A stretch of DNA of 64,000 bases from Pristiophorus japonicus (lineage: Eukaryota). The DNA is taken from the NCBI RefSeq assembly GCF_044704955.1, contig NC_091991.1, forward strand, positions 45,694,001 through 45,758,000, read 5' to 3'. Of this stretch, positions 12,375 to 25,504 are shown piece after piece. Under the pieces are notes generated by a model that worked only from the letters and a program-made list of their open reading frames with translations, made no database searches and was not told where the DNA came from. The stretch's first letter is position 1. Each line of letters opens with the position of its first letter. The position numbers and the translations under genes were made by a program.

Positions 12375-13129
12375 GGCCCGAAAACTGCGGTCGGAGGCTT
12401 CCTGCGGACGGATGCCTCCAGCCAAATTTTTTATTAACGATAATATCTGGTGGTCCCGGAGAAACACAGAATTCCGCTCCGGGGCCTCATTGCGCAGTCC
12501 AGCTTACGGGCCCATTTCTTCCAGGAGCATATACGTAACCTGGGATCACATGGGCCTGGACCACTAAACACAATGTAGTATTCTCATTCATAGCAATGGG
12601 AGCACCATGCTCCCATTACTATCAATGAAAATACCCCTAAAATCAAATAAAACACCAACATAAATTTAAAAAAACACTTCACTTTAAAAAAAATTTATAG
12701 CAATTACATTAAATTAAATGTTTTCGAGAAAAATTTATTTTTTTGAAATTTAAAAAAAAATGTTTTAATAGTGTTGAAAATAAACTTATCTTTATAGACA
12801 GGGTTTTTAATGCAAAAATAAATAATAACATTTAATGTTTCTATGTTTTAAAACTCTTACGCTGGTAAAGGTAGGCTATACGCCTGCTTTTACCAGGCAT
12901 AAGAGTTTGAAGGACATTTGCTGGGCGAGAGATGGGCAAATAGCCCAAATCTCCGCCCGCAAGTGTCCTTCTCCCGAGGATGCATGCGATCTGTCGAAAG
13001 ACATTTTGACAGATTGCAAAAGCCGGTTGTCGGCGCATGCACATCACGCACCGAGAACCGGCATTTGCGAGGCCTCTTCGCGTGCATGCGCACATCGTAC
13101 GCACCTGGAGAGGCTGCAATTTTCGGGCT
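12375..13129. mobile_element. GG..CC MITE, family A copy 2, 3-bp TSD ATT
   Basis: att|ggcccgaaaa ... ttttcgggct|att; homologous to 4912-5621. Confidence 0.8.
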
Positions 13130-13709
13130 ATTATTAGAAAATATTAGTTTATTGGCTTAATATACATTGCATTTAAAATGTTACATTTCCCTGTTCAGAA
13201 TGCTAGCAAATACACAAACTGATTTTTATTGGATTGCTGATCATGTCATCCCTATTGGCTCCATATATTTCAAAAACCTGTAGGAAGCTCTGGATTTTAT
13301 TTCTAATACCTTATATCTTATATAGCTGTTGTAACATAATTTCACAGTGCAAATCAAGTACAGATAGTTTACGTAATGCTAAAGTTAAAATTTGAGATGT
13401 TTTCCCGTTTAAAATGCTGAGGGCAGCGGGCAGGGTGTTAATTTTTTCAAATTTTAACAGTGACCACTTGAAATGCTGTTGACATCCACTCTCCGCTGGC
13501 TGAGTTCCTTCAGTGGAATTCAGTTATCCTCAGCACCAGAAATATGGTCAATCAGATTTGCCCCTAATAATAATAATTTTGTACCACTCAAGTGGCTAAA
13601 TAGTCACCTAACATGTAAAGTACGGCCAAGGTTGCTAATTTAGCTGTGATGGAAATCAACCAGAACAGTTTGTTATGCCCATTTTTTGCATTACAGGTGA
13701 TGTATAAAT

Positions 13710-13862
13710 ACTAGGAGATTCAATAATAACTTTCAAAAGGGAATTGGATAAATATTTAAAGGGGAAAACTTGGTTGGGATATGAGGATATGGCAGGGGAA
13801 TGGAACTAATTGGATAGCTCTTTCAAAGAACCGGCACAGGCACGATGAGCTGAATGGCCTCT
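13710..13862 (+). mobile_element. CR1 3' end, interrupted by the L2 insertion; tail resumes at ~14733-14752
   Basis: ttcaaaagggaattggataaat...gctctttcaaagaaccggcacaggcacgatg...gaatggcct; ttctatgattc tail. Confidence 0.75.
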
Positions 13863-14733
13863 AAATTGTCAGACCGCTTGTCCAACATGCAGTTCTGAAT
13901 GAGCAGAAATTTTCTCCAATTGAATATTGGGAAGACTGAAGCCATTGTTTTTGGTCCCCGCCACTGACTCCATCCCTCTCCCTAACGTCTGTCTGAGACT
14001 GAATCACACTGTTCGCAACCTTGGTGTCATATTTGACCCGGAAATGAGCTTCCGATTACATATCCATGGCATAAAGGCTGCCTATTTCCACCTCCATAAC
14101 ATCGCTCGTCTCTGCCCCTGCCTCAGCTCATCTGTTGTTGAAACCCTTGTCCATGCCTTTGTTACCTCCAGACTTGACTATTCCAAAGTACATTTGGCTA
14201 ACCACCTACGTTCTACCTAACGTAAACTAGAGGTGATCCAAAACTCGGCTGCCTGTGTCCTAACTCGCACCAAGTCCCGTTCTCCCATCACACCTGTGCT
14301 CGCTGATTTTCATTGGCTCCCGGTTAAACAACACCTCAATTTCAAAATTGTCATCCTTGTTTTCAAATCCCTCCATGGCCTCATCCCTCCCTGTCTCTGT
14401 AATCTCCTTCAGCCCCACAACCCCCCGAGATGTCTGCGCTCCTCATTCTGCCCCCTTGAGCATCCCTGATTATAATCGCTCAACCATTGGTGGCCGTGCC
14501 TTTTGTTGCCTGGGCCCTAAGCTTTGGAATTTTCTCCCTAAACCTCTTCACCTTTCTACCACTCTTTCCTCCTTTAAGACGCTCCTTAAAAAGCACCTCT
14601 TTGACCAAACTTTTGATCGTCTGTCTTAATTTCTCCTTATGTGTCAAACTTTTTGTCTTATAATACTCCCGTGAAGCGCCTTGGGACGTTTTACTACGTT
14701 GAAGGCGTTATGTAAATACAAGTTATTGTTGTT
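13863..14733 (+). mobile_element. L2 LINE 3' fragment
   Basis: VRNLGVIFDPEMSF, ETLVHAFVTSRLDYS, HWLPVKQ, GGRAFCCLGPKLWN; (GTT)n-like tail. Confidence 0.93.
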
Positions 14734-16479
14734 CTGTATCATTCTATGATTCAATTCTAAAGCAAACAGTATAAATATTTTGCAATAACAATCTTTGGTA
14801 ATACAATGCACTACATTTTCCATTTATGACTATTAACAAACCAAAACTGTATTGATATTTCTGGACAGAATCTTGAATTTAATAATCTTTGTTGATGATC
14901 TTTATCAGAAACTCATATGAAACCAAGATACTTCCAAAGAAATAGCATTGCAAGTATCATCCTGTATCATCAGGCCTACTTATCATATCTATCTCACTCG
15001 CTGTTCATTTTTCAATTGCAGATTGCCCTGTTTGTCACATTAAGCTGTTGCAAATCAAGCTTCTATTATTGATGCTATGGGTGGTGTTGCACATAATTAT
15101 GTATATCTTGATATGAATTCAGTGTTTTTATGCATTGCTTCACGTATTTAAGAACATATAGCATTTTATAATGAATTAAAATAGCTTAGCATGGTCAATG
15201 TTTACCTGTATGATATGAGATCGTGAGATATCCGCGAACCTTACATACAAGTAATAAGCAGATATCAACTGGCAGCCAGGTTACAAAATCTCTGGCCGTG
15301 GCACTCTCACCGTCACCATCAGATGTTTCAGCAGCATTTTCCAAATTATTCTAAACTGGGAATGCATATATTTTGTGGAATCTCAATAATTCTTTTGTAT
15401 AGTAAAGGATTTAAAAAATAGATGTTTATTAAAGGGTCTGCAATTCGCTAGTAGCATTGCAGCTAGAATAGAGAGTGATGGCTGAGAGCAGTGGGCAATG
15501 TTTGTGTGAGTAGAAGCAATTGCTGAGTTAATGATAAAGCATTTGGAGAGTCTCTTGAAAGAACTTGAAACCACAGCTCAATAAGGTCCTGAAACAAAAT
15601 TCAAAGCTGAACCTTATCAAAATAAATTACAGGCAGGGATTAGGTGGAAAACATTTCACAGGATTATATGAAGCTTGCAACAAATGGGAACTTCATGCAT
15701 TGATTTGCAAGAAGGCAGCTCTTTTGTTCTGTTGGAGGACTTGTGAGCTCAGTATGACTGCCTCAAGATTGCTCTTATGAGAACAGGAGTCTGAAGCAAA
15801 ATATCCTACAGATATGTTGATTCTTTTCCCTCTGTTCAACTATTTTTTTCTGCAGTTTACACATTCAGGGAAAAAAGTCCCAGAAGGATTGATTGAGTGA
15901 CAGTCTATTTTCTGGGAGGATAGAGGTGTGGATTTCTTTCCATTTGCTGAGAGAAGCACCAAAGGACTTTGTTTCTTGGGAATAGACAGATGGCTCATGT
16001 AAAATGAGTTTGCCAGTAACCCCGTGAGCACATGATTCATGGTGCTGCAGAAAACTAACAAAGCAGCGCACTGCTGCCGGGTTCCACAGAGGATGCTGCT
16101 CTGTAATGGGTAGACTGAAAGGTGAACACTACTGATCAGAACTGAAAATATGCACCATTCTTTTATGTAACTCACCACAAATTATCATTTTAAACCATAA
16201 CTAAATCTTCCTAGTCCATTTAAAAAATATTAAATTGAATTTAGCTATATCAGTTTATATTTTTTTGAAGAAAGATGATCCTGACCAAATGTGAAATATT
16301 AAAAATTCAACCATCCAAAATCACCGTTATGGTAACATACATTTATAGAGATGATCTTTACACGCTTTAGTATTAAAAATACCTTTGAGAATGTGCTGTT
16401 TAAGCACCATAAATTATATTTTCATAGGCAGACAACAGAATGTCTGAACTTAATTCCCAATGGCGAGGTTATGATTTGT

Positions 16480-16705
16480 GTGCCAAACTGGCTGAACTGA
16501 TAGGACTCTTAACTCTGGGATCAGAAGGTTGTGGATTAAGTTCCATTCCAGTCTCTGATCTCAATACATAGGCTGACAGCCTATACAGTACTGAGGGAGT
16601 GCTGTACTATCTCAGGTATCGTCCTTTGGACGAAATGTTAAACCAGGTATGTGTGTTTTGATAGTTTACCTGGACGTTAGAGATTCTAGGGCATTATTCA
16701 AAGAA
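16480..16705 (+). mobile_element. Degraded tRNA-derived Deu-domain SINE (SacSINE1-like)
   Basis: ggctgacag...agtactgagggagtgctg...gtcctttggacgaaatgttaaacc matches the Deu core; reverse copies at 20393 and 50565. Confidence 0.7.
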
Positions 16706-17530
16706 CATCATCATAGGCAGTCCCTCAAAAATCGAGGAAGATTGCTTCCACTCTAAAAGTGAGTTCTCAGATGACTGTACAGTCCAATACGGGAATTACA
16801 GTCTCTGTCACAGGTGGAACAGACAGTCGTTGAAGGAAAGGATGGGTGGGGAGTCTGGTTTGCCTCCTTCGCTGCCTGCGCTTGTTTTCTGCATGCACTC
16901 GGCGACGAGACTTGAGGTGCTCAACGCCGTCCCGGATGCTCTTCCTCCACTTAGGGCGGTCTTTGGCCAGGGATTTCCAGGTGTCGGTGCGGTTGTTGCA
17001 TTTTATCAAGGAGGCTTTGAGGGTGTCCTCTGCCCACCTGGGGCTCGCTTGCCGTGCAGGAGTTCTGAGTAGAGCACTTGCTTTGGGAGTCTTGTGTCGG
17101 GCATGTGGACATTGTGGCCCGCCCAACGGAGCTGGTCGAGTGTGGTCAGTGCTTCGATGCTGGGGATGTTGGTCTGATTGGGAACACTGATGTTGGTGTA
17201 CCTATCCTCCCAGGGATTTGCTGGATCTTGTGGAGACAACGTTAGTGGTATTTCTCCAGCGATTTGAGGTGTCTGCTGTATTTGGTCCACGTCTCTGAGC
17301 CATACAGGAGGACGGGTATCACTATAGCCCTGTAGACCATAAGCTTGATGCCAGATTTGAGGACTTCGAACACTCTCTTCCTCAGGCGACCGAAGGCTGC
17401 ACTGGCGCACTGGAGGTGGTGTTGGACCTCGTCGTCGATGTCTGCCCTTGCTGATAGTAGGCTCCCAAGGTATGAAAAGTGGTCCACGTTGTCCAAGGCA
17501 ACATTGTGGATTTTGATGACCGGGGGACAG
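16706..17530 (-). mobile_element. RTE LINE 3' fragment
   Basis: VDHFSYLGSLLS, AFGRLRKRVF, LRWAGH...MPDTRLPKQVLYSEL; (TGA)n tail. Confidence 0.93.
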
Positions 17531-17709
17531 TAGGGAGTGTATCTAGTGTCATGACCAACATTCCTCCCTCAAACCGATTGGGCATTGTTGTTCATGAGAC
17601 ATTGCTGGTATATAACATTAGTCAAAGCACTTGAAAACTAGTTCATAGTATGAAGCACTTTGAGACATTTCAATATGATAAAGCACTGTTACGATGCAGC
17701 TGTTAGTAA

Positions 17710-17900
17710 TAATTCACTGCCTGACAGGGTGGGGGAAGCAGAATCAATAGTAACTTTCATAAGAGAATTGGATATGTACTTGAATAGGAAATATGTACAG
17801 GGCTATGGGGAAAGAGTAAGGCAGTGGGACTAATTGGTTAGCTCTTTCAAAGAGCTGGCACAGGCACAATGAGTTCCTTTTGTGCTGTATGATTCTATAT
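17710..17900 (+). mobile_element. CR1 3' end fragment
   Basis: Similar to 13710-13862; ends tatgattctat. Confidence 0.75.
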
Positions 17901-18434
17901 GTGGATTCACTTGCACTAACTCCTGGTGCAACACACTGAACTGCTACTTTAAAACATTTTAATTTGATTATGTTGGTAGTTTAGAAAAAAAATTCACGGA
18001 GCTATAGTAATTGTAGGGTGGCTACCTTGATCAGGATATTGAGAAGGTTTCACTAGACACAGGCATCCAGGTTTGGTCAAGTGAGATCTAGGAGATAACT
18101 TTGCAAGAAAGTCATTTGTAAGAGTGATTATTAATATAAATAAATATATAGGTATGGAATTTCCTGGACTGCATTTACGCAGAAATTACACTGATATTTA
18201 CGCCAGTTTCTACATCAATCTTGCCAACGTAAACACAGGCACAAATTATCTGAGAATCGCGTTAGCAATCGCCGTAAAAATCAGCATAAAATAAGTGCAA
18301 TTCAATACAAACAATTGGGACCCGAGCAAAGAGTGGAACATACACCATCCTCATTCTTTAAGTCCCTTTTTGTCTTGTTTATGTTATGAAAATTAACTTT
18401 TGAAGGCATCAAACCATCATTTATGCACATTAAG

Positions 18435-19028
18435 CACAGCAAGGTACAGCAAACACTTAGGAAGGCAAATGGTATGTTAACCTTTATTGCAAAGGCATTA
18501 GAGTACAAGGGTAAGGAAGTCTTACTGCAACTATATAGGGCTTTGGTGAGACCACACCTGGAATACTGTGTACAGTTTTGGTCCCCATACCTAAGGAAGG
18601 ATAAACTTGCCTTAGATTGAATTCTAGGACGAGAGGGCTGCCCTGTGAGGAGAGATTGATTACAAATATTCTTTGGATTCTAGAAGAATGAGAGGTGATC
18701 TCTTTGAAAAATAGAAAATTCTTAGAGGGCTTGACAAGGTAGATACTGAGAGGTTGTTTCCCCTGGCTGGAGAGTCTAGAACGAGCGATCATAGTCTCAG
18801 GATAAGGGGTCCGCCATTTAGGACTGAGATGAGGAGAAATTTCTTCACTCAGAGGGTTGTGAATATTTGAAATTCTTGATAGATTTTTGGGCACTAAAGG
18901 AATCGAGGGATATAGGGATCAGACCAGAAAGTGTAGTTTGATGTAGAAGTTTAGCCATGATCTTATTGAATGAAAGAGAGCAGGCTTGAGGGGATCTCTG
19001 GCCTACTCCTGCTCCTATTTCTTATGTT
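18435..19028 (+). mobile_element. CR1 3' fragment
   Basis: KANGMLTFIAKALEYKGKEVLLQLYRALVRPHLEYCVQFWSP; tail cctatttcttatgtt. Confidence 0.92.
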
Positions 19029-19034
19029 GCTATT

Positions 19035-19732
19035 TGTTAGCGTTAGTGTTTTCTTAGAAGAATCACTCAACACTCAGAGTCGGTTCCAATGCTGATGCAG
19101 CTTTTATTACGCTCAGCGGGGAGGAAAAACTCAGGACCGTATCCAGGTTTCTCTCCACAGAACAAAGGGTTACATGCACCTTTTATATGTTTCACAACAG
19201 TTACAAAACAGTTTACTACAGCTACACAGCCCATCACGGCTGGACACAAGCCAATCACAACGATTATAGATTACATATAGGTTCTTTTAACCCAATAGAA
19301 TTCCCCTATTATCCCGGGAACCATATGTTCGGTTATTGTCAGCTTGGGCTGATCGATGACTTTATAGGTTCTCTCCCTAGTTCTTTCATCTGGGAGAAAT
19401 AATTGGTTTATAACCTTGTTTACAGGAGATGGTTTCCCTCTTATCTTTCTTCCTGGGGAATTAATTGGTTTATGACCTTGTTCACAGGAGATGGTTTCCT
19501 TCTTATCTCTGTCTTCCCGCATCCCAGGCATTCCTACAGTGGGCCTCACAGGGTTATTGCTTGGTCATTGAATGTTTAACAGTTCACAGCTTGACTACCT
19601 GATTTCCCATCATGCCTGGGCAGCCATTTTATGTGTGTGTCCACTTTAAACTTATATGCGTTTAGATATATCTAGCAGGTGCCTAATGCCTAGTATTCTG
19701 GTATGTTCTAAAGGTGCCTACCTCCTACAACA
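19035..19732 (-). mobile_element. 3' LTR (~700 bp) of an ERV-like LTR element, preceded by a PPT and ~250 bp of internal sequence (to ~19980)
   Basis: Minus strand: PPT GAAAGGGGGAG (19734-19744), TG start, two ~57-bp U3 direct repeats (~19391-19447, ~19454-19509), CCAAT at 19251, TATAAAA at 19181-19187, AATAAA at 19103-19108, ends CTAACA. Confidence 0.8.
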
Positions 19733-20392
19733 ACTCCCCCTTTCGGTAAAGGGACTAGTCCTAGTCCCCTTTTAACCGACCATTCGACCTTTATTAGATT
19801 TTGTGCACGGCCCGGTACTCCCTGCCTCAACGTGCTGGCCAGTCACGCGGTTTCAGGAGTCCCGGTTGCTTAAATCGAATTGACAAAGGCCAAATCCTCC
19901 TGCCCCCTTATAAAACAGGCTTGTTTAGTATCCGGGGAATGGTGATTTGTCCGTCTTCGTTGTGCGTGGTGTCAACACAGCATGTAAATTCAATTATGGA
20001 AGCTTTTCTCTTTTTAATATAACAGATTCTGATGCCTTTAAAAAAACGCATTCAAAGATGTAGAAAATACATTGCAGGTCTCAGTAAGAAGAAATAAAAT
20101 AAAATTGCTATAAAACACCATAAATAGTGATTTTGCATTTTGCTATCCTAAAATTATAGATGTAAATTTATGCCCGTTCAGAATGGACGTAAATGCAGGA
20201 AACATGCATTCCCTGAGTCTTTTGTATGGAGTCGGTGCTATAATAATAAGCAAATATGGTTTCAGTGGACGTACCACAGGAACAGTGCACATGATCGATG
20301 AAATTCGCACATAGCAAAGTTTTGGCATAAAGCCAGAGTAAATCAGTTAAATCAGGAAATTTGGCCATCTTGATCTCAAGCTATGAAACAAA

Positions 20393-20790
20393 AAAGAAAG
20401 ACTTGCATTTATATAGCATCTTTCCGGACCACAGAATGTCCCAATGAAGTACTTTTAACGTGACAGTCAATATGCGCGCAGCAAGCTCCCATGAACAGCA
20501 ATGGGATAATGACCAGATAACCTATTTTTGTTATATTGATTGAGGGATAAATATTGGCCAGGGTACTGGGGATAATTCCCCTGCTCTTCTTCAAAATGGT
20601 GCCATGGGATCTTTCACGCCCACCTGAGAGAGTTTAATGTCTTGTCTGAAAGATGGCACCTCTGATAGTGCAGTACTGTACTGGAGTGCGTCAGCCTAGA
20701 TTTTTGTGCTCAAGTCTCTGGAGTGAGAATTGATCTCACAATCTTCTGACTCAGAGGCGAAAGTGCTACCTACTGAGCCACAGCTGACAC
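20393..20790 (-). mobile_element. Deu-domain tRNA SINE with L2-like tail
   Basis: tRNA-like head gtgtcagctgtggctcagtaggtagc, Deu core, tail gctatataaatgcaagtcttt. Confidence 0.85.
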
Positions 20791-22711
20791 TAAGGTAGCT
20801 GAAAAGCTGAACGATTGTGTAGTAGGTATTCTCAGGAAAGGTACACATTTCCCTTTATGGTACCAATGATATTATATTTCTGTTTTACTTGGATGTACAG
20901 AAGGAGAGATAATGCACAATCCCCCCAGATTGCAAATGAATCATCTGAATATGTAATTCTATGTCATGGTACATTGGCTTAATTTATATTTGTATTACAA
21001 GTTCTTAAAAAAAATTTAACTTTTTCATCCCGTACGGCCTATTTTTTAGAAACAAATCAGTTTTGTTCAGATAACTTAAAAGTTGAAGGGAAAAGAAAGA
21101 GAAATAGAATGAGAAATAAAGAAAGCTAATGGGTATTAACTAAATTAGGAAGGGGATGTACAATAGCATTCGGCAATGCTGATGTTAGACTTCTTAATGG
21201 AAAGAAAAATAAAGCCAGAAAGGGCTACGTCAAAAGTACATCGGGATATCTGTTAACAAATTGGGAATCAAGAAGGTGTATTCTGTCAATTATCAATATC
21301 TTAGAAAAGCTCCTAGTATCAGGGAAAAGGCAAAAAGGGGATGGAATGGAGTCTGTTTAGCCCAACCTGATCCCTGTCTGCAGTCAGCTGGATAATGGAT
21401 GTGGGAAGATGATGGTCAAGGCATTTAGACCTCCCAAATGAAATTAAGAAAAGGTTAAAAGATAATTAAGAGTAAATGAAAGTAAATTAAATAACATTTT
21501 AAGTTTTTATTGATATTTCATATTTTATGGCATATAGATCTAACTACCTCCATTAGAAAGTCCAGCATCAGTATAACAGAATGCTAATGTGCATCTCCTT
21601 CTTCATTTAACTAAGTACCAATTAGTTTAAATGCATAATTCACTTATTCGTGAGTCCTGTCCAAATACAATAAAGTAGAATGTACTTGAACAGTGAGGAG
21701 AAACATTGTAAGTACAAGTTTATACTAAATTCAATATTCTGAATTTGAATGCTGTTTGGGTGTTAATATTTTGAATATGATGATATAATTGAACTCTTTG
21801 ACACTCTAATACATTTTTTTCAGGTTTTGTTTCAAAAAGATTTGCACAGCATTTTTTATTCTTTTCTAATCATTTATAAGCTTAGGCAAAAGAGGAAAAT
21901 ACTGAAAGCAGAGCAAACCAAAAATGGAAACATTAAAATGCTGCAATAGCCAAAAACATACTTACCACTGAAAATCAATCTTGATGGAAAATATAATGGG
22001 TTGCAATTGTCCCTACAGGGAGCTTGCTTTTATGGGACCCCTTCTGAGATGGCAAGTGTTTGCTAAAGAATAGATTTCTGGATATCTTGCCTGCACAACA
22101 AATATGTACGTGTTTGGACTTGATGTGAACTGATGTCTGAACATGAGAGGCCTGGTAGTTCTGATTATTGGCATGACAAATAACATTTAAAGTGGAAGCA
22201 CAGTTAATATAAACCTTGACTTTACTTTGATGAGTGACCTTTATTGACCTTGAAGATCACTTCAAATCACCCAAAATATACCCTTTTTAGATATATTCAA
22301 CTTTGCTTTTGTTTAAGATACCAATGCCCTGAATGTCTTAGACCTTCTAATTCCCTTAACACACTGGTTCTCGTGGCTCCTACCTTTATGATTGAATGAA
22401 TAACGTTTAACTCTGAGAGCTGTCTATAGTCAAGGTCACAAAGCCTCTACAGTTCACTTTCATAAAAACCTTAAGCATAACACATTATCTGCTGCATTAC
22501 AGCCTACATTCTCCGTGAAACTTTGGGTACAAAGCATCTTGGGCGGGAGTGCAGAATGAGCCGCAGGAAATCAGCAACCTGTTTTACGCTACCACCCAAG
22601 GAAATTCCTAACCTTTACAGCAAGCTTTATTTCCCCCTTCCATGAAACAACAAATTAGATATTTCACCAACATCTAATCCCCATTCTCTGCCATGAAGAT
22701 CATCTCTCTTG

Positions 22712-22990
22712 TTCCATTTAAGACTGAGATGAGGAGAAATTTCTTCACTTAGAGGGTTGTGAATCTTTGGAATTCTCTACCCCAAAAGGCTGTGGGTGCA
22801 AAGTCGTTGAGTATATTCAAGGCTGAGATAGATCGCTTTTTCGACTCAAGGGGAATCGAGAGATATGAGGTTCGGGTGGGAAAGTAAATTTGAGGTCGAA
22901 GTTCAGCCATGATCTTATTGACTGGCGGAGCAGGCTCGAAGAGCCATATGGCCTACTCCTGCTCCTAATTCTTATGTTCTTATTATGTTC
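22712..22990 (+). mobile_element. CR1 3' end
   Basis: FKTEMRRNFFT; tail tcttatgttctt. Confidence 0.88.
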
Positions 22991-23009
22991 TTGTGTATAT
23001 TAGTAAGGT

Positions 23010-24636
23010 TATTCTAACTGAGTAACTGAAAGAAATTAGTATTAGTAAAAACATCGTACAGGAGAAATTAATGGGACTGAAATCCAATAAATCCCTTGGA
23101 CCTGATGGCCTACATCCTAGGGTTTTGAAAGAGGTGACTTTGGAGATAGTGGATGCATTGGTTGTCAGCTTCCAAAATTCCATAGGTTCTAGAATGGTTC
23201 CCGCAGATTGAAAGGTAGCTAATGTAACCCCGCTAGTTAAGAAAGGAGGGAGAGAGAAAACGGGGAATGATGGACCAGTTAGCCTGACATCAGTAGTAGG
23301 GAAAATACTAGAATCTATTATTAAGGATGTGGTAACAGGGCACTTGGAACAAATAATATGATTGGGCAGAGTCAACATGGATTTATGAAAGGAAAATCAT
23401 GTTTGACAAATCTGTTAGAGTTTTTTGAGGTTGTAATTAGCAGACTAGATAAGGGGGACCAGTGGATGTGGTTTATTTGGATTTTCAGAAGGCATTCGAT
23501 AAGGTGCCACACAGGAGGTTATTGAACAAAATTAGGGCTCATGGGATTGGGGGTAATATACTAGCATGGATTGAGGATTGGTTAAAGAACAGAAAACAGA
23601 GAGTAGAAATAATCGGGTCATTTTCAGGTTGCCAGGTTGTAACTAGTGGGGTATTGCAAGGAACAGTGCCTAGGCCTCAGCTATTCAGAATCTATATCAA
23701 TGATTTGGATAAGGGGACCAAATGTAATATATTCAAGTTTTCTGATGATACAAAGCTAGGTAGGATGCAAAGAAACTTCAAGGGATATAGACAGGCTAAG
23801 TGAGTGGGCAAGAACATGGCAAATGGAATATAATGTGGAGAAATGTGAAGTTATCCACTTTGATAGGAAAAATAGAAAAGCAGAGTATTTTTTAAATGGT
23901 GAAAGATTGGGAAATGTTGATGTTCAGAGGGACCTGGGTGTCCTTGTACACAAATCACTGAAAGTTAACATGCAGGTACAGCAAGCAATTAAGAAAGCAA
24001 ATGGTATGTTGGCCTTTATTACAAAAGGATTTGAGTATAAGATTAAATATGTCTTACTGCAATTATATAGGGCCCTGGTGAAACCACACCTTGAGTATTG
24101 AGTACAGTTTTGGTCTCCTTACCTAAGGAAGGATATACTTGCCATTGAGGGAGAGCAACGAAGGTTCACCAGACTGATTCCTGGGATGGGGGGATTGACC
24201 TATGAGGTGAGATTGCGTAGACTAGGCCGATATTCTCTAGAATTTAGAAGGATGAGAGGTGATCTAATTGAAACATACAAAATTTTACATGGTAGATGCA
24301 AGGAGGATGTTTCCTCTGGCTGAGGAGTCTAGAACCAGGGGTCACAGTCTCAGAGTAAGGAGTTGGCCATTTAGGACTGAGATGAGGAGAAACCTCTTCA
24401 CTCAGAGGGTGGTGAATCTTTGTAATTCTCTACCCCAGAGGTCTGTGGAGGCTCAGTGGTTCAGTATATTCAAGACAGAGATTGATAGATTTTTGGATAT
24501 TAAGGGAATCAAAGGATATGGGGATAGTGCAGGAAAGTGGAGTTGAGGTAGAAGATCAGCCATGATCTCATTGAATGGCGGAGCAGATTTGAGGGGCCGA
24601 ATGGCCTACCCCTGCTCCTATTTCTTATGTTCTTAT
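23010..24636 (+). mobile_element. CR1 LINE, 5'-truncated, RT to 3' tail
   Basis: DVVYLDFQKAFDKVPH, FSDDTKLG, EYNVEKCEVIHF, TRGHSLRVR; tail tcttatgttcttat. Confidence 0.96.
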
Positions 24637-25504
24637 TCCTCCCCCCCTCCCCAAAGTTTCCATCACAGTTGCATCCTTGTAAATGATTTGTACGAATGTA
24701 TGTGTTTCCTCACCCTCAATAAAAAAAAATGTCCTCATTCATTCAGAAAGGAAGGATTAAATAGATGAGGCTCAGCGATTTACTGAAGAACAAACCATTG
24801 AGTGATGTTGGCACTTGAACTCTCGAACAGAAAAGGCAAGTGAGTTATGCAGATCTGAGTCCCTGGTGGTCTATTTTTGGATAGACCCCCAAGCCCTGCT
24901 GTGCCTTTTCTTTATAGTACTACACATTGACTATTTTTTTTAGTTTATTTAAATGAGATACATTGTGGAGGTAAAGCCTTCTGTATAAATTATTTCCCTC
25001 TATAATATGAAACCGTTACTAAAAAAAAATTGCATTACCTCATACTTTAGACATTTTGTTGTTTTTCGTTCTGTTTTAGGTCCTCCCTCCCTGCAGCGAG
25101 CTGCTCAGTGGATGGCAACTACACAGCAGTACCCACTCAGTGCTGAACCTTCCTGGCACAGTGCAACCTGAACCAGGGGAAGAAAATTGGTGGGATTATT
25201 TCCTATGGAGCTATTTAATGACATGTCCATAGCTAACTTCCTACTGACAGGGGAAATCTCAATTGCCAGTTCTCAACAGGAGACAAAAAGTAACCGATAA
25301 TCTAACAACATGAAGTAGGTTTTTTTCACACCACACAGCTATAGGGAATAGTCCATTTTGAAAATATTACTCCATATTTTCATTTTTTCTTTAAAAGATT
25401 GAAATGACAAGGTATCTTTATTCTATGATGCTTACTATCATGAAAAACTGCTGCAGCTGTGTGAATACAGAGTTGCTATTCTGGGACTCAGTCATATGGC
25501 AGTT

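Larger units (their letters stand above)
18151..20367. mobile_element. Probable old MITE hosting the CR1 and LTR insertions
   Basis: Imperfect TIRs ggtatggaatttcctg / caggaaatttggcc. Confidence 0.4.

Noticed and set aside
15840-16178. Minus-strand ORFs behind an acceptor-like ttttctgcag
   Set aside because: Peptides unrecognisable; cannot be supported without transcript data
25079-25235. Strong polypyrimidine/AG acceptor with downstream frame
   Set aside because: All frames close within about 50 codons and none is recognisable
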